64,000 nt of DNA from the NCBI GenBank assembly GCA_964648765.1, contig CAZYLF010000001.1:79042-143041 (forward strand). The letters run 5' to 3'. Below are positions 44,312 through 53,808 of the stretch, in pieces. The notes beneath the pieces were generated by a model. It saw nothing but the letters and a program-made list of their open reading frames with translations. It ran no database searches and was not told the DNA's origin. Position 1 is the stretch's first letter, and each line of letters begins with the position of its first letter. Made by a program: the position numbers and the translations under genes. This DNA is from an uncultured Candidatus Saccharibacteria bacterium. Its GTDB lineage: Bacteria; Patescibacteriota; Minisyncoccia; Phycocordibacterales; JACOZG01.

Positions 44312-45241
44312 ATGATAACGCTGTCGAATCGTTACACTTTTGATTATCTGATCTCAAGTGGCGCTTGGGGCGATGTGGGTAGGGGTTGGTGGTATGACCA
44401 ACCGTGGTTTGCATTAGGACTTATGAAGCGCAGGCCGTTTGCTGTTGTCACCAAATCAGTTAGCCGTTTCCCCATGAAAGGGAATCGTTCTTTCAAAGAC
44501 TGGTTTGGTGTTGGTTGTGTGCGTTTTATTCCTGATGGTGTGGTTAATGCCGTTGGTCTCACCAATGATGGCTTTCATGTTTGGTTTGATAAGGTGAAGC
44601 GATATGTGAGACCTAATGACTGGCGACTAATTCCATCTTTGTACGGCTCTACTGAGGATTTGGTTTATATGATTGATCGACTCAATCAGTCCGGACTTCC
44701 GTTTGTGGCTCTCCAAATCAATATGTCTTGCCCCAACACTGGCCCAGGTCTTTTGGGTACCGAGGATGCCTTAATCAGGCTCCGTGTACTTAAAGGAACA
44801 AGTTCCTACCCAATTATCGCCAAACTTTCAGTCGCACAAGATTGTGTAGCGATTGTGAAGGGGGGTAAACCGGAAGCGGTGGAACTTAACAGTGTGCCGT
44901 GGAAAATAATGTTCCCTAATGACCGAAGTCCGCTGGAACATATCCCCAACAGTAATGGTGGGGGCGTATCGGGCAAGGTGGCACAAAAATTTACCTGGCC
45001 ACTCATCGAGAGATTGGCGAAGGAGTGTCCGGAAGTGCCGGTGATCGGCGGGAACATCTGGGAGTATTTAGACATCGCTCGCGTGCGATTGATCGGCGCT
45101 AAAGCTGTGAGTTTTGGTTCGGTGCACATTCCTAACCCACGTAAGATTTCAACGTGGTTAAACCCCACAAAACCCACGCGGTGGGTTTTGCAAGATATCC
45201 AAGACATGAATGAATGGGAGGAAGATCTAGATGAAGAGTAG
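44312..45241 (+). CDS. pyrD: dihydroorotate dehydrogenase-like (class 1) flavoprotein
   Basis: LQINMSCPNTGP active-site Cys motif. C-terminal GGVSGK ... VPVIGGNIWEYLDIARVRLIGAKAVSFGS. GGAG SD plus ATG. Confidence 0.7.
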   Translation: MITLSNRYTFDYLISSGAWGDVGRGWWYDQPWFALGLMKRRPFAVVTKSVSRFPMKGNRSFKDWFGVGCVRFIPDGVVNAVGLTNDGFHVWFDKVKRYVRPNDWRLIPSLYGSTEDLVYMIDRLNQSGLPFVALQINMSCPNTGPGLLGTEDALIRLRVLKGTSSYPIIAKLSVAQDCVAIVKGGKPEAVELNSVPWKIMFPNDRSPLEHIPNSNGGGVSGKVAQKFTWPLIERLAKECPEVPVIGGNIWEYLDIARVRLIGAKAVSFGSVHIPNPRKISTWLNPTKPTRWVLQDIQDMNEWEEDLDEE

Positions 45242-46304
45242 AGGTAGTGAAGTGTCGCAGGTGAAGGTGCAAGCCATTGCCGACACGCATTTGCATTTGC
45301 GTGAAGGTGCTAAGTTGGTAAAGGATTTGATCGCTGCATCCGCTCAAGGTGGCGCTGACTTTGCTATTTTTATGCCCAACACACAAGCTGGGTTGAAAAA
45401 TGGAGTGGAAGCAGAGAGGTATTATAAGGTTGCTCGGAATGCTGATCGAGAAGGTAAACTTGATCTTCGAGCAACTTTTGTGATTACACCAGACACAACC
45501 TTTGAAACATTAAAGAATTGTGTTCAGTGTGGAGTACGTGATGCCAAAGTTTATCCGAGAGGAAGAACCACCAACTCCAGTTATGGGGTGAGTGATTATG
45601 GCGCACTTCTTCCGATCATCAAACGTTGTGGAGAAATGGGGATACGCGTGCACTTCCATCCGGAACATCCGATTGGCCTCGTGCCTAATCGCGATGCGGA
45701 GTATCTTTTTATCCCGATTATGGACATGTTTCTTCGGGAGACTAAAGCTACTCTCATTTGGGAGCATGGCACTGATGGTCGGTGTGTACCATTTTGGGAA
45801 GAGTGGGGTGAGAAAGAAAAAGGTCGTTTTGCCGTGACTCTCACGGCGCACCATTTGCTCACCACTGAAGATGTTGTGTTTGGTGATGTGCGTGGTGTGT
45901 GCAAGCCGCCAATAAAAACAGAAGCAGACCGTTTCCGTCTCATCGATTTGGTGGCAGCTGGTTACTCTTGGGTAATGGCAGGGTCTGATAGTGCGCCGCA
46001 CCCAGTGCATAAGAAAAATGTGCAGCAAGGTCGATGTGCGTGTGGGGCCTTCACTGCTCCCTTTCTCCATTCACTTTATGCTCAGGCGCTTGGTGATATT
46101 CTCTTTGATACTGAAACTGGTATCAATCTCTACAACGCGTTTGTAAGTGAGAACGCGCGCAAGTTCTATGATTGGCCGGCGAGTTCTCGGGAGATCGTCC
46201 TGATAAACGAGCCGTTTACGATCCCCAATTCTTACTTGCTGGGTGGTGAAGAGTACGAACTCTTCATGGCTGGCGAGATGCTTAGGTGGAGTATTGCTAA
46301 GTAG
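45231..46304 (+). CDS. pyrC: dihydroorotase, type II (E. coli-like)
   Basis: ADTHLHLREG, DAKVYPRGRTTNSSYGV, GSDSAPHPVHKK, FMAGEMLRWS. All align with E. coli PyrC blocks. Confidence 0.85.
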   Translation: MKSRGSEVSQVKVQAIADTHLHLREGAKLVKDLIAASAQGGADFAIFMPNTQAGLKNGVEAERYYKVARNADREGKLDLRATFVITPDTTFETLKNCVQCGVRDAKVYPRGRTTNSSYGVSDYGALLPIIKRCGEMGIRVHFHPEHPIGLVPNRDAEYLFIPIMDMFLRETKATLIWEHGTDGRCVPFWEEWGEKEKGRFAVTLTAHHLLTTEDVVFGDVRGVCKPPIKTEADRFRLIDLVAAGYSWVMAGSDSAPHPVHKKNVQQGRCACGAFTAPFLHSLYAQALGDILFDTETGINLYNAFVSENARKFYDWPASSREIVLINEPFTIPNSYLLGGEEYELFMAGEMLRWSIAK

Positions 46305-46318
46305 TAAAATTTATTAAG

Positions 46319-46357
46319 CGTGGTAGCTTGTTAACGCAAGCTACCACGTTTTCTTTA
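46319..46357 (+). terminator. intrinsic terminator after pyrC
   Basis: cgtggtagcttgttaacgcaagctaccacg followed by ttttcttt. Confidence 0.7.
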
Positions 46358-46453
46358 TTAATTTGTTTTGCTTGCAAGTTTGGCGTTTACGTATTAAATT
46401 TAATGGCAGAGGTTCTGTGATTAGTACAGTTTTTTTTGGTAAAGGAGCAACGC

Positions 46454-46600
46454 ATGATTTGCCTTCAGAGTGTCTTCGATCTTCCGTGGCTTAATGAGAT
46501 CAATTTTGATCTCGAGATTGACTGGCAGTATGTCTTCAAGGTCATCTTGATTTTGAAAGTCGTCTTCTTGCTCGCGCTCTTTGTCGTCACATTTTTGTGA
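46454..46600 (+). CDS. unannotated small ORF (48 aa) with hydrophobic C-terminus
   Basis: AAAGGAG 7 nt upstream of the ATG. Encodes MICLQSVFDLPWLNEINFDLEIDWQYVFKVILILKVVFLLALFVVTFL. Followed by its own terminator. Below the ORF-track cutoff. Confidence 0.35.
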   Translation: MICLQSVFDLPWLNEINFDLEIDWQYVFKVILILKVVFLLALFVVTFL

Positions 46601-46616
46601 CGAGCGCCGTTCCTAA

Positions 46617-46650
46617 ACCGTGGAGTTTTCACACTCCACGGTTTTTGTTT
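46617..46650 (+). terminator. intrinsic terminator
   Basis: accgtggagttttcacactccacggt followed by ttttgttt. Confidence 0.65.
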
Positions 46651-46753
46651 ACGCTATTTACTTTTTTAATATAATGTGCTAGTAATTTAAGTAGAAATTG
46701 TCGCCTCATTTGAGGCTTTGAAAATCAAAACACTTAATGAAAGGCGGTGGCGT

Positions 46754-47503
46754 ATGATATCAATAGACACGATTCAAAATCTGAGTTGGGGGCGTGGGGA
46801 TTTCAGGGCGAAGTTGGAGTTATTTAGGCGGGCCAGAAAAGAGTTCCGAGACAAAGAATTTGAAATCAAGATGTTTCCAAAGGGCAATACAGAACATCGG
46901 CTCTCGTGGGAATATTCAGCATTGTCGAGTACTTACTATAGCATCTTCACTACGGCCATTGCTCAGCTTTTTTCAATTAAGTCTGATGGGTGGTTGGCGC
47001 CACTTCGCCTTATCCCTTGGCTCCTCACCTGGGGTTGGTTGGGCTTTTGGTGTTGGTGGCGGATGTTACCACTTTCCAATAAAGCCTTAAGGTTAGCTGG
47101 AGGGTACGGTTGCATGGACGCTGATATGTGTGATGTTCGTCAAAGCATTCTTCGGGCTCGTTTGAAATGGGAGAAGGCGCTCAATTGTTGCGGTTATGGT
47201 TTACGGGATGAACAAATTTCCCCTCATACTAAAGCGCTACTTTTGGTGGCGCGGGCAGAAGGGTATTGGAGGTTTAATAAGACCCGAGATGTCGAACATG
47301 ACATTGAGTCGGCACTGAGGCTTGCAGTTGAACTTGAAGAGAGTGAACCCAATCAGATGTCGCGTGTGTATCGTCGGTGTGCTGTATTAGTTGAAAAACT
47401 TAACTTTGATAAGTATGACTGGCAAGCACTTTTGGCTAAGGCTAAAGAGCTAGCCGAGAGAGCGGGCGCTGGTGATCAGACTCTCAAGTGCGCAGTAGTT
47501 TGA
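46754..47503 (+). CDS. membrane hypothetical protein (Trp/Cys-rich)
   Basis: ATG at 46754 inside the track ORF. TM segments (PWLLTWGWLGFWCWW). Own terminator. Confidence 0.45.
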   Translation: MISIDTIQNLSWGRGDFRAKLELFRRARKEFRDKEFEIKMFPKGNTEHRLSWEYSALSSTYYSIFTTAIAQLFSIKSDGWLAPLRLIPWLLTWGWLGFWCWWRMLPLSNKALRLAGGYGCMDADMCDVRQSILRARLKWEKALNCCGYGLRDEQISPHTKALLLVARAEGYWRFNKTRDVEHDIESALRLAVELEESEPNQMSRVYRRCAVLVEKLNFDKYDWQALLAKAKELAERAGAGDQTLKCAVV

Positions 47504-47523
47504 TTGATAATGGATTCTTTACT

Positions 47524-47558
47524 CCGCGGAGGCTTTTACGCTTCCGCGGTTTTTTTGT
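47524..47558 (+). terminator. intrinsic terminator
   Basis: ccgcggaggcttttacgcttccgcgg followed by tttttttg. Confidence 0.7.
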
Positions 47559-47661
47559 TTCACTAACTTGTTTTATTGGGCTATTTAAGATAGTTTGAAA
47601 GTTGGTTAGGTATTTTGAAAAAAGAACATTTTCTCCCGAAGGGAGAGAGGGGTGGTAAAAG

Positions 47662-48435
47662 ATGGAAAAAGGAAGTAAGCAGTTATTGGATGAATTAGAT
47701 AGTTTAGAAAATCTGCACACAAACCTGGCAATTCTGAAGAGCCAGGTAGAAATTGGTGCCAGTAAGTGCCGGGAAAAATCTTCAGAAATTCATAGACTAA
47801 TCTCTTCTGGTCACACCACAGGTGATCCGTTTCGGGATTTTGTGATTTATTGGGCTGAACGTTATAAATGGGATCCGATCAGGTCAAATTTATCAAGTCT
47901 CCAGCGATTGATCGCACACAAGAAGGGGCAATTGGTGTTGGCCATTTTCCGTCGTGAGATTGAGAAGCCTCGCGCTTGTCTTGATTTGGGTTTAGATGGC
48001 TGTTTACCAGCCAGTTATGATCAAGCCGTCGACATGTGCTTGGGGCGGTTAACAGACAGTTGTTTAATTATTGATGTAAAACAGTATTTGATTCAACTGC
48101 CAACGGGGAGTTATGTGAGATGGTCGGAAAAGGGTATTTTGGAGGCTGCAAAACCCGGGCCAATTGGGAGTTCGCCATCTGGTAAACACTTTTTGGGTTT
48201 GTTTGAGCCGGTGGGAAGATGGGAGGGAAGAGGGGAGGATCTACCCGCCGTTTGTGATCTTGAGCATGCGCCGACAGACACCAGAGACCACATTACTTCC
48301 AGTTGCTTCTTTCATTATCTTGGTGAAAATAAGCGACGAGCGGAAGTGTGGGTTGGTGATAAAGAGGTTGAAGCTTTTTTCCCAGGTTGTATGAAGGAGA
48401 GAATTTTTTCCAAAATGCTTCACCTGCTTGGTTAA
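47662..48435 (+). CDS. hypothetical protein, family B paralog 1
   Basis: Shares LQRLIAHKKGQLVLAIFRRE, FGRLT and VGDxxxxAFFPG blocks with the 48597 gene. Conserved 5' leader. Confidence 0.55.
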   Translation: MEKGSKQLLDELDSLENLHTNLAILKSQVEIGASKCREKSSEIHRLISSGHTTGDPFRDFVIYWAERYKWDPIRSNLSSLQRLIAHKKGQLVLAIFRREIEKPRACLDLGLDGCLPASYDQAVDMCLGRLTDSCLIIDVKQYLIQLPTGSYVRWSEKGILEAAKPGPIGSSPSGKHFLGLFEPVGRWEGRGEDLPAVCDLEHAPTDTRDHITSSCFFHYLGENKRRAEVWVGDKEVEAFFPGCMKERIFSKMLHLLG

Positions 48436-48457
48436 GTAGTTCGAGTAAGTAAATCAG

Positions 48458-48490
48458 CTCCTCACTCATAAATGAGTGGGGAGTTTTTTG
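48458..48490 (+). terminator. intrinsic terminator
   Basis: ctcctcactcataaatgagtggggag followed by ttttttg. Confidence 0.6.
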
Positions 48491-48596
48491 TTTCATATTG
48501 TTTGCAATTCTTCCAATTTGCGGGTAGTTTAATGACTGGATTTGGTATTTTGAAAAATAAACGTTATTTCCCGTAAGGGAGAAGGGTTGGTGAAAA

Positions 48597-49379
48597 ATGT
48601 CGCCAGTAAATGACGTGGGAGTGTCAAAAAAGTTGGGTAATTTGGATCAAGAGTATGTTGAGCTTGCAAATGAGAAGGAGGTGGTGAAGCGGAGAGTTAT
48701 CCGCATCAACACTCTGGTTGATGAAATCCGTGTCGATATTTTAGCAGGTCGCTCCACAGGCAATGCGGTCGACGATTTCGTCGTATGTAAGTTTGATTAC
48801 CCAGACTGGGGAAAGAAGAAATCAAACCTCGACGCTTTGCAGGATTTGATTAAGGGGAAGAAGGGTGAACTTGTGCTCGTGATTCACCGATATGTGGATC
48901 GACCGTTCGGTGACTGTGGTGGACCAGTTCACTTGGCGTGCATTGCGCCACCTGAGTCGGAGAAAGGGTGGCCAACATACACTCTCTATTTCGGTAGGCT
49001 GACTGGAGAAAATTTAATTGTAGGCTTGGAGCCTGAAACTATAGGTTTGCCTACTTCTTATCATGTTATTTATCCCAAAAGTAACAAAATGGAGAAAGTG
49101 GTTGGTCCAATAGCGAAGTATGGTTATCCAAACAATTTCGACTTGGCAAACTTTGAGCCACAGGATGCAAGCAAAGAAAATTCCCGTGTGTGGCCTCCAC
49201 ATGAAGCGATCGTGGAGAAGGACCATCTTATTGCTAGCATGCTCGACTCTTTACTTTGTGAGGGTGATGAAAAAATTCAAGTAATTGTCGGTGATGACAA
49301 CATTTCCGCTTTCTTTCCTGGAGCGACTCGTAAAATTTTTACCGAGATGACTCGGGTGATGGCTGAAGGAGTTGTTTGA
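48597..49379 (+). CDS. hypothetical protein, family B paralog 2
   Basis: LQDLIKGKKGELVLVIHRYVD, FGRLTGENLIVGLEP, VIVGDDNISAFFPGATRKIFTEM. Confidence 0.55.
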   Translation: MSPVNDVGVSKKLGNLDQEYVELANEKEVVKRRVIRINTLVDEIRVDILAGRSTGNAVDDFVVCKFDYPDWGKKKSNLDALQDLIKGKKGELVLVIHRYVDRPFGDCGGPVHLACIAPPESEKGWPTYTLYFGRLTGENLIVGLEPETIGLPTSYHVIYPKSNKMEKVVGPIAKYGYPNNFDLANFEPQDASKENSRVWPPHEAIVEKDHLIASMLDSLLCEGDEKIQVIVGDDNISAFFPGATRKIFTEMTRVMAEGVV

Positions 49380-49396
49380 GGTCTGAGTTTCACACT

Positions 49397-49431
49397 CGCC
49401 CTGTACTATTATGGTACAGGGCGGTTTTTTT
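49397..49431 (+). terminator. intrinsic terminator
   Basis: cgccctgtactattatggtacagggcg followed by gtttttttg. Confidence 0.7.
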
Positions 49432-49531
49432 GTTTCATTGTTGATTTTTATTAAATTTAAGGTAGTTTAGGAAAAGTGTTGAACGTTGTTAAAATGAACT
49501 TTTAGCCAAGAGCTAGAGAGGTTGGTGAAAA

Positions 49532-50146
49532 ATGTCGGAAGCACCCCACAGTGACACATATTCACATCGAGATCATTTGCTTGCTGCTGTTCAGTTTCAG
49601 GAGGATTGCTTGAGGGAGATAGAAACCTCTCTGTCTGCGCAGAAGAAAAATGTGGTTTCAGCAGTCAATGAATTTCGAGCGTTCCTGAGAGAAGATAAGG
49701 AGCACAAAGACCCAATTGCGGATCTAATTATCCTTCGCTTTCCGCGTGAGGAATGGAATTGGCGGATACAATTATTTCACGAGTTGGAGAAACAGCTTGC
49801 TGGCCTTGTTGGTAAAACAGTATGTGTGAAGGAGAGGGAACGTGTTGCCACAGGTGATAGCGAGTTAATCTACCAAACTAATTTTTGCGTTGGCGTGTTA
49901 AAACAAGATAAACTCGTTTTTACTTGGGGAGAAGATAATTGCGTCTACTTACCTACTGAAAAGCATGTTTACTTCACCAAGAGGGGGACCAGCATTTACC
50001 ATGATCCACCCCCCTCGCTTATACAGGGCAATGTCAAACTAAGTTTGGGTCAAATTGAAATTCGTGATGTGGGTAACGACAATGAATATCTGAGAGTTTT
50101 GTACCAGGAGGAAATGACAAGAGCGCTTGAGCTGCTTGATCAATAA
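49532..50146 (+). CDS. hypothetical protein, probable divergent family B paralog 3
   Basis: Same leader (ttggtgaaaaATG) and weak similarity (LEKQLAGLVGKTVCV). 204 aa. Confidence 0.45.
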   Translation: MSEAPHSDTYSHRDHLLAAVQFQEDCLREIETSLSAQKKNVVSAVNEFRAFLREDKEHKDPIADLIILRFPREEWNWRIQLFHELEKQLAGLVGKTVCVKERERVATGDSELIYQTNFCVGVLKQDKLVFTWGEDNCVYLPTEKHVYFTKRGTSIYHDPPPSLIQGNVKLSLGQIEIRDVGNDNEYLRVLYQEEMTRALELLDQ

Positions 50147-50160
50147 GCTTCACAAACCCG

Positions 50161-50189
50161 TCCCGCGCCTTACAGCGCGGGATTTTTTT
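50161..50189 (+). terminator. intrinsic terminator
   Basis: tcccgcgccttacagcgcggga followed by ttttttt. Confidence 0.7.
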
Positions 50190-50222
50190 GCATCACAAGT
50201 CAAAATCCGCTAGCATGGTGGA

Positions 50223-51350
50223 ATGAGTATGAGCAAAATTGAGACAAGCAAATTACGCACCTGGATCACGATTGATAAAAGTGCGATTAAAAATAATTAC
50301 CAAGTTTTCCGTAAATTAATTGGACCAAAAGTTAAATTAATGAGTGTGGTGAAGTCGAACGCTTATGGTCACGGCTTGGTAAATTTTGCTAAAGAAGTTG
50401 CAAGTCTGGGTGCAGACTATGTTGCCGTGGACTCAATTGTGGAAGCCGAGCGCTTGCGCAAGGAGGGGATCACCACACCAATTTTTGTGCTTGGTTACAC
50501 CCGACCAATTAATTACCCTCGCGCGGTGGAACTTAATATTGAACTGGCAATTTCTAGTCTCGACTCAATTAAGCAATTAATCCCGGGACTTAAAATTCAT
50601 TTGAAGGTAGACACGGGTATGCATCGACAAGGTTTTCTTTTGTCTGAATTTTCTGATGCGCTTGGTGAGTTAAAAAAGTTTGAGAGTGATGTGCAAGTGG
50701 TAGGCGTGTTTAGTCACTTTGCCTCAGCAAGTGACGTTGAGTTTAAAGAAGATTCACAAAAACAAATTGTCGAATATAAAAATTTCTTAAAAATTTTGGA
50801 AGAAAAAAGTTTTGATACTAAAAAAATAATCAAACACATGAGCGCATCTGGCGCGACGTTTAATTATCCTGAGGCACACTTTGATATGGTGCGCGTGGGT
50901 TTGAGTATGTATGGCTTGTGGCCATCGCGTGAGCTTGAGGAACGTTTTGCTGGCGAGCATCCACTCAAGCGCGTGATGACTTGGCAAACAATAATTGGCG
51001 AAGTAAAAATTCTAACTGAAGACGGACACATTGGTTACGATTTTACTGAAGAGGTGAAAAAGGGGATGAGGATCGCGGTTTGCCCGATTGGTTATTGGCA
51101 TGGTTATCCACGCCACCTTTCTTCAATCGGCCACGTGTTGGTGCGTGGAGAGCGAGCTAAAATTTTAGGTCGTGTGTCGATGGATATGATTGCGATTGAT
51201 GTTTCAAACATACCTGAAGTGAAGGCCGAAGATGTGGTGACAGTACTTGGTGAGGGGATGACCGCGCGCCACTTTGCGGATCAGATAGGCACTTCGCAAT
51301 ACGAATTTATCACAACGGTTAATCCGCTGATTAAAAAGTTTTATATTTAA
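50223..51350 (+). CDS. alr: alanine racemase
   Basis: PLP lysine motif VVKSNAYGHGL plus overall Alr architecture. Confidence 0.9.
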   Translation: MSMSKIETSKLRTWITIDKSAIKNNYQVFRKLIGPKVKLMSVVKSNAYGHGLVNFAKEVASLGADYVAVDSIVEAERLRKEGITTPIFVLGYTRPINYPRAVELNIELAISSLDSIKQLIPGLKIHLKVDTGMHRQGFLLSEFSDALGELKKFESDVQVVGVFSHFASASDVEFKEDSQKQIVEYKNFLKILEEKSFDTKKIIKHMSASGATFNYPEAHFDMVRVGLSMYGLWPSRELEERFAGEHPLKRVMTWQTIIGEVKILTEDGHIGYDFTEEVKKGMRIAVCPIGYWHGYPRHLSSIGHVLVRGERAKILGRVSMDMIAIDVSNIPEVKAEDVVTVLGEGMTARHFADQIGTSQYEFITTVNPLIKKFYI

Positions 51351-51418
51351 ACATAATAAAACTCCGGAGAGCCTAAACGCTTCCCGGAGTCTTATTTTTA
51401 AAACGAACTAGAGTCGAC

Positions 51419-51697
51419 TTATTTAACTGCGTCCTTCAAGCCCTTAGCGGCGCGGAACTTAGGCACGCGCATGGCGGCGACTTGAATAGATTCCCCAGTG
51501 CGAGGATTGCGGGCGGTGCGAGCAGCACGATTTTTTGTGCTGAAGATCCCAAGGCCGGCAATCGAGACCTCCCCTCCCTTTTTGAGAGTGTCGATGATGG
51601 CGTCTAACATTGTGTCTACAGCCTGCTCGGCCATAGTTTTGGTGCCACCAATCTTCTCGGAGACCATATCAACAATACCTTGTTTGTTTAGATTCAT
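51419..51697 (-). CDS. hup: HU family DNA-binding protein
   Basis: GLGIFSTKNRAARTARNPRTGESIQVAAMRVPKFRAAKGLKDAV is the HU arm consensus. Confidence 0.9.
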   Translation of the reverse strand: MNLNKQGIVDMVSEKIGGTKTMAEQAVDTMLDAIIDTLKKGGEVSIAGLGIFSTKNRAARTARNPRTGESIQVAAMRVPKFRAAKGLKDAVK

Positions 51698-51874
51698 TTT
51701 TTCTTAAATTAATTTTTAAAAAAATTAAAGTCGACCAAGCCCCAACTACGCGGACAATTATAGCTTTTAGCCATATTCTCTGCAACTTATTTTGAGGTTG
51801 ACTTTTTTACAATAAAAATGTAGAAATAAAGTTGGGAAGTTTGTTATTTTGGTCAAAACGGAAAGGAATGAAGC

Positions 51875-52234
51875 ATGGAAACCTACACTCTGGTAGTGAG
51901 ACAGCTTGAAGAGGGGCGTTTGTTGGACAATATTCTCGGCAAAACTGCCCCGCACATCCAAGTGCTAATGTCTGAGGCGTCGGCGCCGTTTATCAAGCAT
52001 GTGCTTGGGGTTATCCCCGCACCAAAATTTGGGGAGCATTGCCCAACTCATTTCCGAAGCAGGGTGATCCATTTTGAGGGCGATCCTAAACGTGTGTTTT
52101 TGAAAGGTCATTTTGTTAAGAACTCTAAAGGAGATGAAATTTCTCCTGAAGCCACCGCGCGTGAGTTTTTTGGGTTCTATGATCTGATAAATCACACTGG
52201 GGAATTGCAAGAGATGGCCATAAAGTTGAAGTAA
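51875..52234 (+). CDS. hypothetical protein
   Basis: 119-aa ORF with ATG. Convergent with rny. Shares a bidirectional terminator with it. Confidence 0.4.
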   Translation: METYTLVVRQLEEGRLLDNILGKTAPHIQVLMSEASAPFIKHVLGVIPAPKFGEHCPTHFRSRVIHFEGDPKRVFLKGHFVKNSKGDEISPEATAREFFGFYDLINHTGELQEMAIKLK

Positions 52235-52242
52235 CTCATAGC

Positions 52243-52272
52243 AAAAAGGCTCTCCACGGAGAGCCTTTTCTT
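52243..52272. terminator. bidirectional intrinsic terminator between convergent genes
   Basis: aaaaaggctctccacggagagccttttc. A/T runs on both sides. Confidence 0.65.
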
Positions 52273-53800
52273 ATCTCGCGTATTCGATAACTCTCGCTTC
52301 GCGGATCACGACGACTTTAATTTCTCCAGGATATTTAAGGTCTTGCTCGATGCGTAAGGCAATGTCGCGGCCGAGCTTTTTAGCTTCAATGTCCGTAATT
52401 TCTTCTGGCTTCACAAACACGCGGAGTTCCCGCCCGGCTTGAATGGCGTAACTCTTCTCAATACCAGGGAAGGCGTTAGCAATATCTTCTAAATCTTTTA
52501 ATCTGCGTAAATAATTTTCTAAACTGTCGCGCCGGGCTCCTGGGCGACCACCAGAGATGGCATCAGCGGTTTGCACAATAATTGATTCAATCGTTTCATA
52601 TGGATACTCTTCATGATGCGCTTGCATAGCTTTAATCACCGCTTCGCCGGCACCAAACTTTTCTAAAATTCTCCGGCCGATTTCTACATGCGTGCCTTGC
52701 ACCTCGTGATCCACGGCTTTGCCGATGTCGTGTAAGAGCGCCCCAGCGCGCGCCACTTGTGGGTCAGCGCTTAATTCTTCAGCGAGCATTCCGGCCAAAT
52801 GCGCCATTTCCACGGAGTGCTGCAACACGTTTTGCCCGTAACTCGTACGGAAGTGTAAGCGCCCTAAGATCAAAATAATTCTTGGGTCAAGATTAAACAC
52901 ATTGGCCTCATAAGCTGCTTCCTCACCCTTCTCTTTTATAATTTTGGCGATACTCTCTTTGGCTTTTTCTGTTAACTCTTCAATTTTGGCTGGATGAATT
53001 CTCCCGTCCACAATTAAGTTTTCAAGCGCCACTTTAGCAATTTGCCTGCGCACTGGGTCGAAGGACGACAGCACAATTGTTCCTGGTGTGTCATCAATAA
53101 TTACTTCCACGCCTGTGGCCTTTTCAAACGCTCTAATATTGCGCCCTTCTTTACCAATAATTTTACCCTTCACATCGTCGGACGGAATTTCCACAATCGT
53201 CGACATCACTTCTGGCACTGTGGAATTTGCCAGACGTTGAATTGTGGTGGCCAAGATATTCTTAGCTTTGTATTCAAGTGCCTCGTTGTTGGCACTCTCA
53301 AGTTTGCGTGTGCGTACCATCAAATCTTCCTCATAATTTTTTGTGATGGTGTTTAGGAGTTCTTCTTTAGCATCCTTTTCACTAAGTTTTGCCACGCGTT
53401 CAAGTTCCAACTTTTTCTCAGTGGTTAATCGTGCTACTTCAGCCCGAGTTTTATTTATTTCGGCTTCATGTTTTTTTAATTCCTCACCTTCTTTGTCGAT
53501 ATCTTGCTGGCGTCGATCTAAAAGCTCATCTTTTTTAATTAAACGATCTTCCTTTTTTCTTAATTCGCTCTCAGTCTCTTTTTCTTTCTTTTTGGATTCT
53601 TTTAAAATTTCGTCTGAATCACTTTCAGCTTTGTCGACAATTTTTTGGGCTTGATCTTTAGCTTCAAGAATAATCTGTTTCACAGTTAATTCCATTGAGC
53701 CTTTTTTGCCCAAGGTAATTAACCAACGTAAAAAGTAGCCGAAGATAGCCCCTCCCACGAGTGCGGTGCCGGAGATAAAAAAGACGGTAAACAGATTCAC
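52271..53800 (-). CDS. rny: ribonuclease Y
   Basis: N-terminal TM, coiled coil, KH (GKIIGKEGRNIRAFE), HD (LLHDIGK). Confidence 0.9.
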   Translation of the reverse strand: MNLFTVFFISGTALVGGAIFGYFLRWLITLGKKGSMELTVKQIILEAKDQAQKIVDKAESDSDEILKESKKKEKETESELRKKEDRLIKKDELLDRRQQDIDKEGEELKKHEAEINKTRAEVARLTTEKKLELERVAKLSEKDAKEELLNTITKNYEEDLMVRTRKLESANNEALEYKAKNILATTIQRLANSTVPEVMSTIVEIPSDDVKGKIIGKEGRNIRAFEKATGVEVIIDDTPGTIVLSSFDPVRRQIAKVALENLIVDGRIHPAKIEELTEKAKESIAKIIKEKGEEAAYEANVFNLDPRIILILGRLHFRTSYGQNVLQHSVEMAHLAGMLAEELSADPQVARAGALLHDIGKAVDHEVQGTHVEIGRRILEKFGAGEAVIKAMQAHHEEYPYETIESIIVQTADAISGGRPGARRDSLENYLRRLKDLEDIANAFPGIEKSYAIQAGRELRVFVKPEEITDIEAKKLGRDIALRIEQDLKYPGEIKVVVIREARVIEYAR

Positions 53801-53808
53801 GTTACTTA

